From assembly GCA_012295275.1 (NCBI GenBank), contig CM022665.1:14818001-14882000 (forward strand): DNA of 64,000 nt. Reading direction: 5' to 3'. The position numbers and the translations under genes are program-made. Numbering within the stretch: position 1 is the stretch's first letter; each line of letters starts with the position of its first letter. The notes below the pieces were generated by a model, which worked only from the letters and a program-made list of their open reading frames with translations, was not told where the DNA came from and ran no database searches. Source of the stretch: Chrysomallon squamiferum (lineage: Eukaryota; Animalia; Mollusca). Positions 24,240 to 38,397 of this stretch are shown here, one piece after another.

Positions 24240-24939
24240 TGTCTGGAGTGCATCACATTTTTGATAGAGTTCAAATAATGGTGCAGCTGTGATAATACAG
24301 GATTAGCGAGAATGTTCATGGTATATTTAGCTTCTCTGCTGTAATCAGCAGGTAATATTACTTTGCTGACCACTTAATATGAAGATTGCATTTTCAGGGA
24401 AATTATACATTTTAATACTCTAATCATTACCACAGTACAGTTTAATGTGGATTTAAGATATTTGTTTTTAAGATAAATGTTTGTTTCTAGAAATCTAAAA
24501 AATAATGATAACCATGTCTGGTATAAATTAAATGAATGCAAGTGATGCATATATTTGAAAAAGCTTTTTATTTTTTTTATTATTATTATATATATTATTT
24601 TTTTTTTTTTTTTTTTTATAGAAATGGTTACTAACAGATACATATAGGCATCAACAATGAATGATATTAATATTACATAGATATACATAACGTGTATGTC
24701 AGTATGTTCATAGGTTCATGTTAGACATATTATTAGTTCATGAACAGAAAACAGATCATTTGTACATAAGTCTTATATGATAGATTTATTTATTTATTTA
24801 TTTATTTATTATTTCCTTTGTTGTTGTTTTATTTGTTAAAAGTTAAAATAGTGACACAAAGTAGTCCGAATGTATTCAACATAATTTAAGGTTTGCCCTT
24901 ATTTTTTCGGGGGGGGGCTGGGTGTCACCCAGTTTTAAT

Positions 24940-26394
24940 CAGTAATGAAGTATAGAAACAACAACAAAAAGTAATGGTAAAAAATAAACGTAATGGTTAC
25001 GTCATTTCATACAATGCGTTAAAACAAACAGGTGACATAAATATTTCAGTAAGAGAAAAAATGACGGCGTTCAGTTGTTTTTTAACAGTACTATTTTATT
25101 GTCGTACTTTCCAGTTAACTTTGAAGTAAAAAGAATTATTTTAAAACCATACCGCCAATAGTACACTTTTACAAATTAAAAAAAAAAAAAGAAGAAGAAG
25201 TAAAAGAAAGAAAACATAATTAATTAGTAGATAATAAAATAACATCTTACTATTTATTAATTTTTTACTTGGGTAAATACATTATTTAAAATGTTCTGTA
25301 TATATTTATTTCTATTAATATTATTTAGATATTTATTGACCGTTATAGTAACTGATATTCGCAGCAATCTGTTAAGTCATTTTTTAATTAACACCCATTA
25401 TAATGTGATGACAAACGATTACGATTAACGACTTAAGTGATATTTGAAAACTGGCGGTGCAATCAGTGAATCGTATCGTCATGTCAACTTTCAACACCAT
25501 TTGGATTTATTCTCATCAGGCAATTATTTATTTTTATAGCGTTGTATGTATATATGTTTAAAAGAAATTTTGCATGTATAAATATTATTATTTAACTGAT
25601 AAACAAATTAATTTACATAAAGTTATTTTATAATTTTGGGATTTTTTTATAGTTACTTTTATAAAGTTGTTTTTGTCACCCCCCCCCCATATAAACATCA
25701 CTGTAATACTAATGACCAGTGATTAACGACAAATAATCCCCCTTCCCGCGCATTCACTGCCCATGTGATCTATCTGGGACAACCTCAACATTTTGGGCCA
25801 ATAGTTGGTTATGTTGTAATTCGTTAATATACAATCCTAAAATAGCTCAGCGTCGTGTCAAAATACACAAAAGTAAACATGACCTATATTGTTGGATGTT
25901 GCACCAGAAGACGAGTTTTGTAACTCGCTTACAGTTCTCTTATGCGGGAAAGTGCAGTAACAAATTAATACAACTGAATTAAGCATAGACTTATAACAAT
26001 GTTATTTATTTCCATATGCTATATGTAAAAATCTTGTCATTACCGTTCTTCCGTAAAATCCCCTCTGCGCACTGACCTACTATGCATCTGCGCATAATGT
26101 CAGTACTATATGCAAATCACCCGTGACAACATATACGTCATAAGGTCTCCCCATAATCTTGAACCAGCTCTACTGAACGAGTAATGGACGCATGGAATGC
26201 CGTAAGAGGTTCACGGGGAAGTATGTTCTCCCCAGTTTGATCACACTACTGTGTGTTTCTGTATTTTGACAATGGGCAAATCTTATTTCGGAGAGGTCAT
26301 TCTACAATGAGCAAACATTGGATTATATGTTAATTGCTTGAAACATTTATTTTTATGCGGAAAAGTGCGATCGCTTTACAGCGAAATTGACAAG
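24940..26394 (+). promoter_or_regulatory. FoxO promoter / 5' UTR region
   Basis: CpG-retaining zone directly upstream of the ATG; CCAAT 25798, GTAAACA 25873, TGCGCAC 26066, ATGCAAAT 26110, CRE-like TACGTCA at ~24998 and 26134. Confidence 0.6.
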
Positions 26395-26739
26395 ATGGAC
26401 ACCGATGTAGACCCAAACTTTGAGCCACAAATTAGGGCACGGTCAAATACATGGCCTCTCCGACCCAACAGGGAACTGCTGGAAGCTCAGACGGGTAGTC
26501 CAATTTCAGACGAGTCTGTTGAAAATCACAGAGAAAAAGATCCATTAGGATTAAACACTAAAAAGAGTGGATCACGACGCAATGCATGGGGAAATTTATC
26601 GTACGCTGATTTGATTACTAAAGCGATACAAAGTTCTCCGGAAAAGCGACTAACACTGTCTCAAATATATGACTGGATGGTACAAAATGTACCGTATTTT
26701 AAAGATAAAGGGGACAGCACCAGCTCGGCGGGATGGAAG
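26395..26739 (+). CDS. FOXO: Forkhead box O transcription factor, coding exon 1 (115 aa)
   Basis: ATG 26395 (aagATGg), Akt site RARSNTWP, forkhead start [19 protein letters not shown]...[31 protein letters not shown], then the canonical FoxO phase-0 intron AAG|gttagt. Confidence 0.98.
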
Positions 26740-28390
26740 GTTAGTACATTTAATAAAATTCATCGACCTATTTCCTAAAAAAAAAAGAGAAGATAAATAA
26801 AAATCCAGGGATTGCTAAACGAAATGAGGCCATGTTAATTTGCATTGCTGATATCATATGTATATATGCATGTATGTCAGCATAGCTTTGATGTTTAATT
26901 AGTATAGTTATGTGCCCCGTTCTGGCTAGCGTATAACGGTAAATTGGCAGTGAACTTCGCATGTCACGAAATTGCGTAACGTACTTGTGATTACTGATTT
27001 AACTGTTACGGCTTGAAGGGTAGAGAAAGAATGGCGAGTGAAATAGATGTGTTGAGGACAGTGAGGTCACGTTGCGTTGAGAATGAGAATAAATGACATT
27101 AGCGCGTCCTAACATAGCCTTTTCTACTCGTTTATTGTACCAATCACCGTATCCATATCTTCTGTATCACTGTTTTCAGTCAGTTTGTAATTTTTTAAAA
27201 TTGTTTTAGTTTATTTATTTATTTATTTTAACAAAATAACATTTTAATTTTTTCACCCTGAGGTAGCATAAATGTTTTTACAATTCTTTTATTTTAGAAC
27301 TGGGAGATTTTAATATTAAAAATGTAATTCATTAACTTGTGTCTTAAATAATTTAGTAAGATGAAAATTAAAAATGGAATTATTTGTTTTAAGTAGCCTT
27401 AAATTAATATTTTAAAGATGTATCAGAATAGTAGTACTGGCAAGATTGGTGATTTAAACTAACAGTACCTTCCATCTCAAACAGAATAAAACCCTGTTTG
27501 AAAAAATCATATTTTTATATTAATGATTACTGTATATCTATCATGTAATTTTGTAATATAATATATATTATCCTGGGCTGTTTTAGTTCTGCAGAAAACA
27601 TGTATGCACCTTAACCATAGGTAATGAAATAAATTTTGATACACCTGTCACTGACTAGAACTGGAAAAAGGCTAATGTTTTGATTATGCAATATGTCAGT
27701 ACTCAGGCAAATTCCTCTACTGAATTTGTAGGAGTTGGATTTCAGAAAGTTAATTAATAATTATAGAGTAAAACTTTGGATGGTTCATAACCAACTGGTT
27801 TGGTAAAATGCCAGTTACTGGCAGAAAAGCAAGTGAAGATGCATTAAAAAAAAGTTACTGTTGGCAGTATAAGTTTTCATTCTGTTTTCTGGCACTGTTA
27901 TTTACATGTACATAAGGATGGAATCATGCATTTCAATGTCTGATGTACCTAAACAATGTACATGTTAATTTGCTGCATTTTAATGGTTCATTGGTTTGAT
28001 TGTGTGCGTGTGCAGTACAGTTTTGATAAATATTGTAAGAATGGATGTTTTTCTTCCGTTTATAAAAAAAAAAAAAAATTCGTTTTTTTTAATTATTATT
28101 ATAGGTTTGTACTATTTTTTATTTCCTTTTTTTAATTTTTTTTTTTTTTAATAGGGTCAAATTGAGATAAGTTACAATTAATTTAATATTGTTAAACATT
28201 ATTTTTCAGTTTATTTAATTTAAATTACTGTATAAGTGTATATTAACAACTAAGCTGGTTGTTCTCACTTTTTTCTTCTTTTTAATGTTATGTTGTCAAG
28301 TGCAATAATTTCATTTATTATTCTTAAACAGAATATATTTTGTGTTTTACAGTTAATAAATACAACTGACATTTTGTACCAACTGAATTC

Positions 28391-28441
<51 letters not shown>

Positions 28442-30203
28442 TTATTTAAATTGTTATTTTTATTATTACTTATTTTAAACACCCCAACAAAAACAACATC
28501 AGCAACAAAAAACTTGCTTGGACCAAGGCCTACATGTAAAGGCACACAACTTGATAAATCTTTTTAATAATGAAATCTCATTTCTTATGATTACAGAACT
28601 TTGATAAACATACAAGAATAATACATTTGCTGATAATTAATATAAATTTAGAAATAAATATTAAATTAGCAGTGACAGTAGAGTAAGATTTCAGTGAAAT
28701 AAAAATCTGAGCAGCTCAATCATTCATTGTTCAAGATATGAAACAGGAGTGTTTTAATAATAAATCATTAACGCTCTCCTGATTTCATTCATATAAATAT
28801 AATCAAATATATTTTGTATTGTAGTTAATTCTTTTGGTATCATAAATATTTTCTTACCACATTTATGTCAAGATAACATTTTCAGACGATTACAAAACTG
28901 CATGCTTTGTTGAGACCATGCTATTTTAATCTTTACCTGTAGGTCTGATACATGATAATCTTTACCTTTAATATGTTTAATCAGTACCTGTAATATTACC
29001 AATGTCTGAGAAAAGTATCAAAGGTTACAACATTGATTACCAGTTGAATGTGACTACATTACATAATATCATTGCAGAGCTCGAATCTACAGTTATCCAT
29101 CAGGAAGGTCAAAGAGCATGAATGCTTTTGTAGCATTCAGTAGTAGCTGCTGGGGTTGTCCATGTGTGAATGCATCCAAAAGCAAGACACACACACACAC
29201 ACACACACACACACTCAAGTCAGTTAGATGTCCTGGTTTCTCACTGTGTCTGTCTTAATTAAAACAAATCAAGTATTATATGTCTTGTACTTCATCTGGT
29301 CTCTTTTCTCTCCAGTTCTCTTTCAGTTTTGATCAACCTTTTTTGTGGTTTTTTTTATATTTTTAAATTATTACTTTTTTCTATTTCCTTGATCTATCTC
29401 TTTTTTTTCTTTTTAATTTTTTACTCAGTTTTATATTCGTTTCCCTTTCTCTCATTTTCTCTATTAAAAGCAGGTGTAAATTAAAATGTTATTTGCCCTG
29501 AGGCATTTAATTGAAATTTAATGGTGATTTATTTTATTTCTGAAACAGAAGCCCAACATTTTAAAAGGTTCTATCTATTTATTTTATTATTATTCAAACA
29601 TAAAGTATAATTTAATAGCAGCCTACCTGTAATCAAAATCTTCATTCTGCATATCAAATAAAACTGAATGGCAGACACATTAAAAAATCATTCATTTTAT
29701 AAAATATGCATTAAAATGCATTTATATACCACTTTGAATTCCCCCCCATACTGTCACATAAATACCACTTTGTACATTGAAATAACATGTAGAGTATCAT
29801 TTGCAGGTGTTTAAAAAGACAGCACATATTTGTAATTTCAAAATCACTTGGCACACACAAAAACACATAGGTATACACATTAATACTTTTTAATCTGTTG
29901 ACTGTTCAGAAGTTTTATCCATGATTTATATGTTCACTGTGTACTTTTTAATAAACTGGATGTATGTAAATGAGATGACAGTAGAAAATAATGTATTGTT
30001 AACATTCCATTCAAGCTGTTTCGCACCTGTTGATTATAGTTATCTTTTAATATGTATACAACACTGTACAGTGATGTAATCCCATACAGTGATGTAACTG
30101 TCATACAGTGATGTAATAATGCCTGTGTCCATGGTAATAATGCATTGTCATGCCTTGATGTGTAAAGGTTTTGAAAAGCTGATAATTACATACATGCATA
30201 TGT

Positions 30204-30239
<36 letters not shown>

Positions 30240-31299
30240 AGCATACATAGATTTACATATACATATAATGCACGCATAGATATGCACACATATACATAAA
30301 TGCACACTTAGATATACACACACGTATACATGGATACTGCTCACATAAATACATTTGCTGAACTCAGCAGAAATATGTGAAGTGATTTAACACTGACTAG
30401 CATATCCGATATGCATAATGTGGCTGGCTGTTTGCAATGTGATGTTGAAAGGCAGCAGTCTTGTGTGCTACCATCATTGAGAATATACATTTTGTATATC
30501 TAAGTGTGGGTGAGTGTGTGTGTGTGTATGAATTCACTTGCATTTATAGTATGTATAGGTATTCTATTTTCTGTCATTCATTACTACCACTACTACTACC
30601 ACCACATGCACCACTTCTGTAAAAATTATTTTAAAAAAATGAAAAAGAAAATAATACCTCCCCCAAAAAGAAGAAGAAAAACACTAAACCATTTGACACT
30701 CTTTCCATTGTGCAAATAACCAATTAATTTCTGTGTCTGCCCTAACAGCAGTTTAACTGGCCAGTGTAACATAGCATTCAGGATGTCCTTATCTTAGAAA
30801 ACTGTCACAGGTAGTTGTGATCATCAAAAAGAAAGTAGCAGTCTGTCATTAACCTTAGAATGTTTTACAGGTTGCCCAGGTTTAGCTAGGACAATGCAGA
30901 TTGCAGTGCTGTGACAATAACCATTAAAAGTGACCACCTGAGGCTTCTTAATGAAACAAAAATGTAAACAGAAAGCTACCTGTGGTTTGATTTATTGAAA
31001 TAACCATGTCGCATGTATCAAAATAAAAAGATAATTCATGGTTAAAGACACCACGTTTTCTTTTTTCATGTGGTCTGAATTAAAGACATGATAATGGTTA
31101 ACGTTGTCATGTTTACTTTTTTAGATGGTTTTGGTGATTACATTTAATATTACTCTTTGCTTGTTAAAGATATTTCATGTGTATGAGAGACACATTTTAA
31201 AATTCTAAATGTTTCACCAACAATGAAAAAAAAAACCCAGTAAAATTCTTGTGTGTGTGTGTGTGTGAGAAAGAGAAAGAGAGAGAGAGAGTGACCAAA

Positions 31300-31585
31300 A
31301 CCAAATATTTGACTAATATTACTGTCTTAATGTCACACTAACCAAGTATTTTACTGTTACATTCTATCAGTGTCACTATAACCAGATGTTTCTTACCTTT
31401 TTTTTTTCAGTCATTGAACCCATGTTTGTCACTTAGATTGTTTTAATGTCACTGTTACTAGATGTTTATTTCATTATTTTATTCTGACTATAAACAAGTG
31501 TTTAAAATGGTTACATTTTCTTAATGTCACAGTAACCAAAATGTTTTACTGTTACACAGTCTCAATGTCCCTGTAACCAAGCGTT
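31300..31585. repeat. Degenerate ~40-45-bp tandem repeat in FoxO intron
   Basis: Recurring aatgtcac(a/t)(c/g)taacca..gt(g/a)ttttactgttaca unit, about 6 copies. Confidence 0.65.
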
Positions 31586-31599
31586 TAGCACCAAACTGT

Positions 31600-31870
31600 C
31601 TATAGGTCAGCAGTGTGATGGGCCACTGTTGTAGTTAAAATATCCTTCCTCTACTCTACGAAACAGAAGAATTCATTAGAAGCTCTTCACAAAAAAGTAT
31701 GTAATATGTTGGCTGGTTTCCTATTGAGCTTGTATTAAAAGTCAACACCAGTTGTATTGTGTGTGGGAAAAGTGCTTATACGAAATACCCTTGAAACTAA
31801 TAGGTTGAAATAGCCTACTTCACACATGGACAGAAGTAAGTGAGAGCCATGGGTTTCCTTTCTCATATTA
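31600..31870 (+). mobile_element. Decayed SINE-like interspersed repeat (related copy at ~33260-33460)
   Basis: Both regions share gggaaa.gtg...ccctt(g)...gggtttcc(t/c)ttt blocks resembling gastropod SINE bodies; recognised from memory only. Confidence 0.35.
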
Positions 31871-32716
31871 ACCTACTAACCTTTGTTTTAGTAGTAATAC
31901 TACATGGACAGGACAGTCTACCCAAAATCTTATTTAGTGTACAATTATAATTTGATTTAGTTTTATTTAGTTTATCCTTGTTTATGGTGGGCAGTTTATA
32001 TAAAATCAATTACGACACATTTATCCATCCCCTATATATATATATATATACACACACATGTATTCTCACTATTAAATTTATCTTTATAAAACAGAGAGAC
32101 CCTGACAAGAAGTGTGCGGTTGTTTGTTTTGTACTATTAAAAGTTGATAATTATATAATCCCAGTCCAGTATTATATAAATTCTTGATGCTTTATATTCA
32201 GAAATTCAAGTCAAAAAAATTCTATGCACAATGTCAAGTTGTACTGATCTTTCCACATTCAAAATATTGATACAGTATTTTTAATTCATTTTGTGCAGAG
32301 GACAATGTAAAATTAAAACTGCAGAATGTGCATTATATTAGAAATTAATGTTGATTTCACTTATGTATTAATTACAAAATGTTAGAACTAATTACAAATA
32401 ATGGTGCTATATAACATATTTTTTTTTTCTTTTTTCTTTTTTTCACCTTGGTTTATGTGGAACAATATGTTAATAAATTTGCTAGAGGGAGCTGTCTGCT
32501 CTTTTGAAAGATATTGATTATTATGTACTATTAATGCTTGCTGTTTTATCATTGCTGAATATTTTTACCACATGTTATGTCTAAAACAGGTTTTGAAATC
32601 TAAAACCAAATACTGGTATAAAGTAGAAAAAAATGTATGCTAGTATATTATAGATTTTTACCTCAGCTTGTAGGAAACAAAATTTAATTTGAAATTACTG
32701 GAGATAGAACATGTTC

Positions 32717-32760
<44 letters not shown>

Positions 32761-32868
32761 TCTGTATGTGTATATTCACAATAGTAGAAGTAGCAGCAGC
32801 AGTGGTGGTAGTAGTAGTAGTAGAAGCATCAATGGTGGTAGCAATATTAATAGTAGTTTTCTATATTT

Positions 32869-32903
<35 letters not shown>

Positions 32904-35596
32904 CAGACAGACATACACACACAAACATGCACTCACAACTAGAGGAAGTCATGATAAGTGACAAGCTCGTTTGCATTTGTTAATGACTGTTATACATTAC
33001 AGACATGTGACATAAGGTCAAAAAAGAATTAACTTCACCATTTTAATTGCACTTCTTGTTGTTGACTTGTTATAGGTGGGTCAGTTCTGAGGAAGCAAGG
33101 GGCAAGTTAATTACATGAATTATGCATCACTACATCATTAGTTGTAGAAATTGAGTACATTTTTAAATACATTTGTCTTCAGTTGAAGAAGTGGCTTTTC
33201 AGCTTGATAGCAGAGAGCTAACAAATTTCAGGATCAACTGCTCTGAAAGCACCCTTACAAATATTTCTCATTCTACCCAGTTCTGCATCAAAGGCTATAT
33301 TATGTTCTTTCCTGTCTAATGGAAAGTCAAAGGGATCCTTGCTGGTAGTTTGAAGTATCTTTCAATATGGAAATAGCAGGTTTCCCATTTCACAGTTAGA
33401 CATATACCATTGATATAAAAAGATGTTGAAGTTGTTTCACTAAATGAAACACATTTTAACATTAACTTTTCCTGTTACAAGATGATCAGGAGCTGTTTTA
33501 TAATGACAGCGATAATGAGGAATGAAACCAGCCACAGAAAAAAAACCTCCACCGACTATCTGAGTAGGACCTTCCCACAAATAGTAAAGCATAAACCACA
33601 TATTTTGATAAACTGGTTGTTGAGTATTTGCAGAAATGGGAAAATAGTATTAAGGATAATTAGCTGAGCAACCTGTTCCAGCTCAGCAGTCTGATCACAA
33701 AGACATCATATAGCCCATGGTGGAAAAGTAATTATATTAAAACTATTAAATTACTGATATTCATACTTGGATGATTCAGTTTAACTGGTTTTATTTAGTT
33801 GTGTTGTAGATTTGATTTATAACCATTGGTTATGCAGAATACACAATATTTTTGTATTTTTGAATAAGTTAAATTTTAAGTTGAAAAAAAAATCCTAGCT
33901 TTTATTTATTATTATATCAGTGGTTAACTGTATGTGTGCATGCAAGTGCATGTGCACACACACACACACACACTACTGTAAAACTATTTTTATAATCATT
34001 TTGGCATGAGTATTATTAATCCTTCTTTTATGATTGGTAACAAAAAAAAACCTATACAAATTCTAGTAGCCTGAAGTTTAAAAAGAGTTTTAAAAAACAA
34101 GTCATATACACATAAGCAGTAAAAATTATAGTTGTCTGAAGCTTTGAAATTTAAACAAATAAAAAAAAATTAAAAAATGAAGTGAAAGAGACAAGTAGCA
34201 CATACATTAGTAATAAAAATTCTAGTAGCTAGAAATTCTGAAGTCCTGAAGTTTTAGAAAAAAGAAGGAAAAAGAAAGAAGTGAAAAAGACAAGTAGCAT
34301 ATACATTAGCAGTGAAGTAGGCACAGCTGTTTCTTCTTAATCTCTTCAAATACTTGGCCTAGATACCCACGTAGTGTTGAAATTGTATGAGCTGACAAAA
34401 AGCCAGGCTGACAGTGAGCAGTCCATTTTGAGCTGGCAAATTGTCAATATTTCTAGCATAGAGTAGATTCTCTAATACCTACTGATAATACTGCTTCTGT
34501 GTTTTAAAGTTCAGTAAATAGGCAGCTCTTTTATTTTTCTTCCGGAGTAACAGGTTGTGGATTTGCCCAGCTTAACTATAATAAGATTTTTTTTTTTTTA
34601 ATTTTTTTTTTTTTTTTTTTTTGGTTTTAAGTGAATGTTACCCGAGACTACAATAGGAAGACTATGAGGCTTATCTTACAAACTTTGTTTTATAATTTAA
34701 AAAAGAAACCTGAATGTAAGTTGAGACCATGATATAAAGGTTACAGTGCTTTTGCATAACAAGAATTATACTTATTTAAATGTTGTTTTGAAACTATCTA
34801 CACAGAACTGTTATTAAATGTTTAATAAGAAGGATTATATATAACTTCATGTGTTTTTCATATAAATTGTATTTGGATAAATTGAAAAATTATAGCAAAT
34901 GTGAATGTGAATGATGGAAGGTTCAATCATTAACAAAATTTGGTTACATTTATATAACAAAAAGTATTTGTAAATTTATCTATACTTGACTGTACATGTC
35001 ATATTCTTCGAACCACATTTTTGCTTGAATGTTCAATTTTTATAATTAGTATACAGTTTCAGTTATACAGTCAGATTGTAGTCAAAATAAATGTTTAAAC
35101 ACAGGTCTTGAATTAAAGAAAACTGAAGAAATTCCCAAAGTAATTTGCTTCAGTATGTATCTGTATTTACCTCATTTGACTTTTGCAATCCATGTGTATA
35201 TTTTTGAGCCATATGGAGGGCATTATTGATTAGCAAAAGCACTAGCAGCCATGGTTATACTGGGGCATTTATTTCCAAGTCATATTGATTGGCAGCCAGC
35301 CCCACTGGTACAGCAATCAGTCAATAAACTATTTAACTATACAGGGCAAGGATAATCAGTCATCTACGATACACAGTAACTGTACAGTGTATGGATAATC
35401 CATGATATATTAAACACTGCTGAGATAATCCATTGTGTAAATGTGCAGGGTTAATCTATTGTACAATACATATTAATTTAAAGTGTGAAGATAATCTGCC
35501 ATATAGAACATACATTGACTTCACACTCCAAGGATAATCCAGATACATGTATATGTATGTCTGTGGACTGTGGATTTATGAGTGAATCCCATTTGA

Positions 35597-35644
<48 letters not shown>

Positions 35645-36157
35645 ATGTGCAGGTGGGTGACTGGGTGAATATATGTTAATATTTATATATGTAAACAAAT
35701 ATTTCAGGTTTGAAAATAGGTACATTTATATGTTTATTAATCACATGCACTTTTTCAATAAAGCCTGTGACCCAGAAACGGTTAATGAACTTTACCACAG
35801 CCATTTTGACCAGTGAATGACACACTCCATTTGCCTTTAGTTATCCTTACAGTTATCCATGTGTGAAACACCCAGTCTCTTCTGATGGCCTGATAATGAG
35901 AGACTGGACAATAATCCTAGTATCACACCTTCACACATTATACACACACACTGGCCGTTTGTGATTACTGCATGCTCCATTGTATTAAATAAGCCAGTTA
36001 CTGTCAGTGATGTGACCTGTTTGTCACTCCATAGAAAATATTTCCATATTGTTAGATTTACTGTTAGCAATTAGAATTCCTGAACAGTTAATGGTTTTAC
36101 ATACATGTATAATGTAAGTTTTTGTTTTAGAAGGGATTTTCATTAAGTGAATTGGTT

Positions 36158-36202
<45 letters not shown>

Positions 36203-38397
36203 CTACCAGTATTTAAGAGTTGTTCATTAGTATTATTTGCATACATATATAAATATGCATAAATATACATATATCCATACATAAACATACAGACACACAT
36301 ATATACAAATACACATATTTAATTCATATAATACAAAACAGTACAAATTATACACGTTAAGCTAATGATATTATATGTTTTAGAATATATAAAACTCCAG
36401 CAAATAAATGTAAGTAAATGATGATCCAGTGATATTAAAAATTGTTAAAAATTTATTTCACTATTTTGTGATCTCTTTAAAAACATTTAAAAAAAAAATT
36501 GAATAACTTTCTTAACACGTGAGAGTTTTTGTCAGTGGAATGCAGACAGTAATGGGAGAGAGAGCCGGGGGTAAAAAAAAAACCAAAACATGGAGAAAAA
36601 TTTATGTATTTTATTTCTTTCATTGACCACAAAAACACTTTCTGACTTGATTCACTGAGTTTGTCAGTCTTATAAAAAAGATAGAAAAAAGCCACAAAAA
36701 TGTCAGTTGGTTTATTTGACGTCATTCATTCTTCACAAACACTTAGAGTGATAGAGTGATATATATGTGAGAGAGTGGTAGACAGAACAACAATTACTCT
36801 GCAGTTTACTAATTAAAAAATACTGGCCTGGCTCATTTCAGAGCTGTCCTCAGTTCAGCTGGTTTTTAAGCCATTGTCTAATAAAACTATAGGTCACTTG
36901 TTTAGCTGGTTTCAATACACTTAGACAGTTATATTATTTTGATGAATGGTTGTAAAGGGACAAATGATAAATCATTGACTGGCATAAAAGAAAGAAACTG
37001 CTGTTTTGTTAAAAGTTAAATGAAAAAAAAATCTTTGAATTGTGATGTATAGAAATTAAAATAATTATTGTTATTATCATCATCATCATCATATTACAAA
37101 TTAAGCAAATGAGCAGGAATCATACAACAGATTAAACATATTAAAACTAAATACATCTGACTCAAATATTTTGTAAAATATAAATTTTTTCTTCAGATTT
37201 AAATGTATCTTCTTTTGTAAGAAATATTAAAATAAAAGAAATTAAAAAATAGACAGAATAAGACACTAAAGTGCACACATTCATTTTTATAAAAATTTTT
37301 TAACCTGTTAATGGGTTGAAAGTAAAAGAAAACAGTTTAAAAAAACAACAACAATAATAATAATAAATAAAGCAAATTGAAAGAAAATCCCATTTTTATT
37401 GTAATTTTAACTGCATTTTTAGTTTGAAAACATATCAAAAGTAAATTTTATAAAGACAGTTTATTTTTATTTTTATCTTAAGTGCAGTAAACAAAAGTTT
37501 TTTTTCTCCTTTTTGTTCTTATTATTTTTTTCTGTGTTTTTTTTGATTGACACAATCACGCAACTCCTGCCTGATTCCAGTTATGCAACTCTGACGAAAA
37601 CAAAGATGACTACCATGTTTTGTTTATGTTGCACTACACACACACATTACGTCTGCTCCAATTCTTGGGTCAAGGTCACTGACACAGAGAAAAGGTGACT
37701 ACAAAACAAGGATCTGTGTTTTGGGATGGGCAGAGTTCATTAAGTGCATGTTTTCAAACTAGTGTGAACTTTCTGTAGTTTACTCAAACCACTCTGAACT
37801 TCACAGAAAACGTCTGATAAGCTGATTTTACAGATACCTATTTTCTTGTTTAAATATTATGTTAAGTAAAAAGAGTGCTGCACAGATGTAACTTATTAAT
37901 TTTACTCTGTTTTTTTTTTTCTTTGTAGAAGAATTAAAAAGTTGTTTACTTTTTATAACACCCAGTTAAGATACCACTCACTGAATTATATTACCGTTAA
38001 AGCATGTCCAGAAAGAGTTATATATTTGTTGTTTATATACAGTATATGATCTAAAGGGGACATTTCTGCTGAAGATTAGTTTTATTATGTTAAATCTACA
38101 ATACTAATGACGATGATAATAATAATAAACCTAGCATACATCACATCAGTATTTTGCCAGTTAATGTTTTTTTTAACACTGTAATTCTTTTTATCTCATT
38201 GTTATTTCTCTTTAGACCTGCCCCCCCCCCCTTTCTGAAATTCTGGATCTGACCTTCGTTTAATTGATTTTTCACTTCTTCATCCTTAGTCTGTACAAAT
38301 AATTTCAATTACATATAATTACTATATTCATTATATATTTTACTTTTTATGTACAGGATTATTTTAAAACATTTTTTTTTTTTTTTTGTATTTTCAG

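Noticed and set aside
26338-26778. ORF-track start at 26338 and read-through to 26778 for FoxO
   Set aside because: 26338 is a TTG; the ATG in good context is 26395, and the tail after GWK (VSTFNK...) is intron.
38386-38397. ORF-track start MYFQ of the 515-aa ORF
   Set aside because: This is the polypyrimidine tract and acceptor; the exon begins at 38398 in mid-forkhead domain.
26740-38397. Enrichment of GTAAACA/TGTTTAC FoxO sites in the intron
   Set aside because: About five seen; at this AT content roughly three are expected by chance, so there is no convincing excess.
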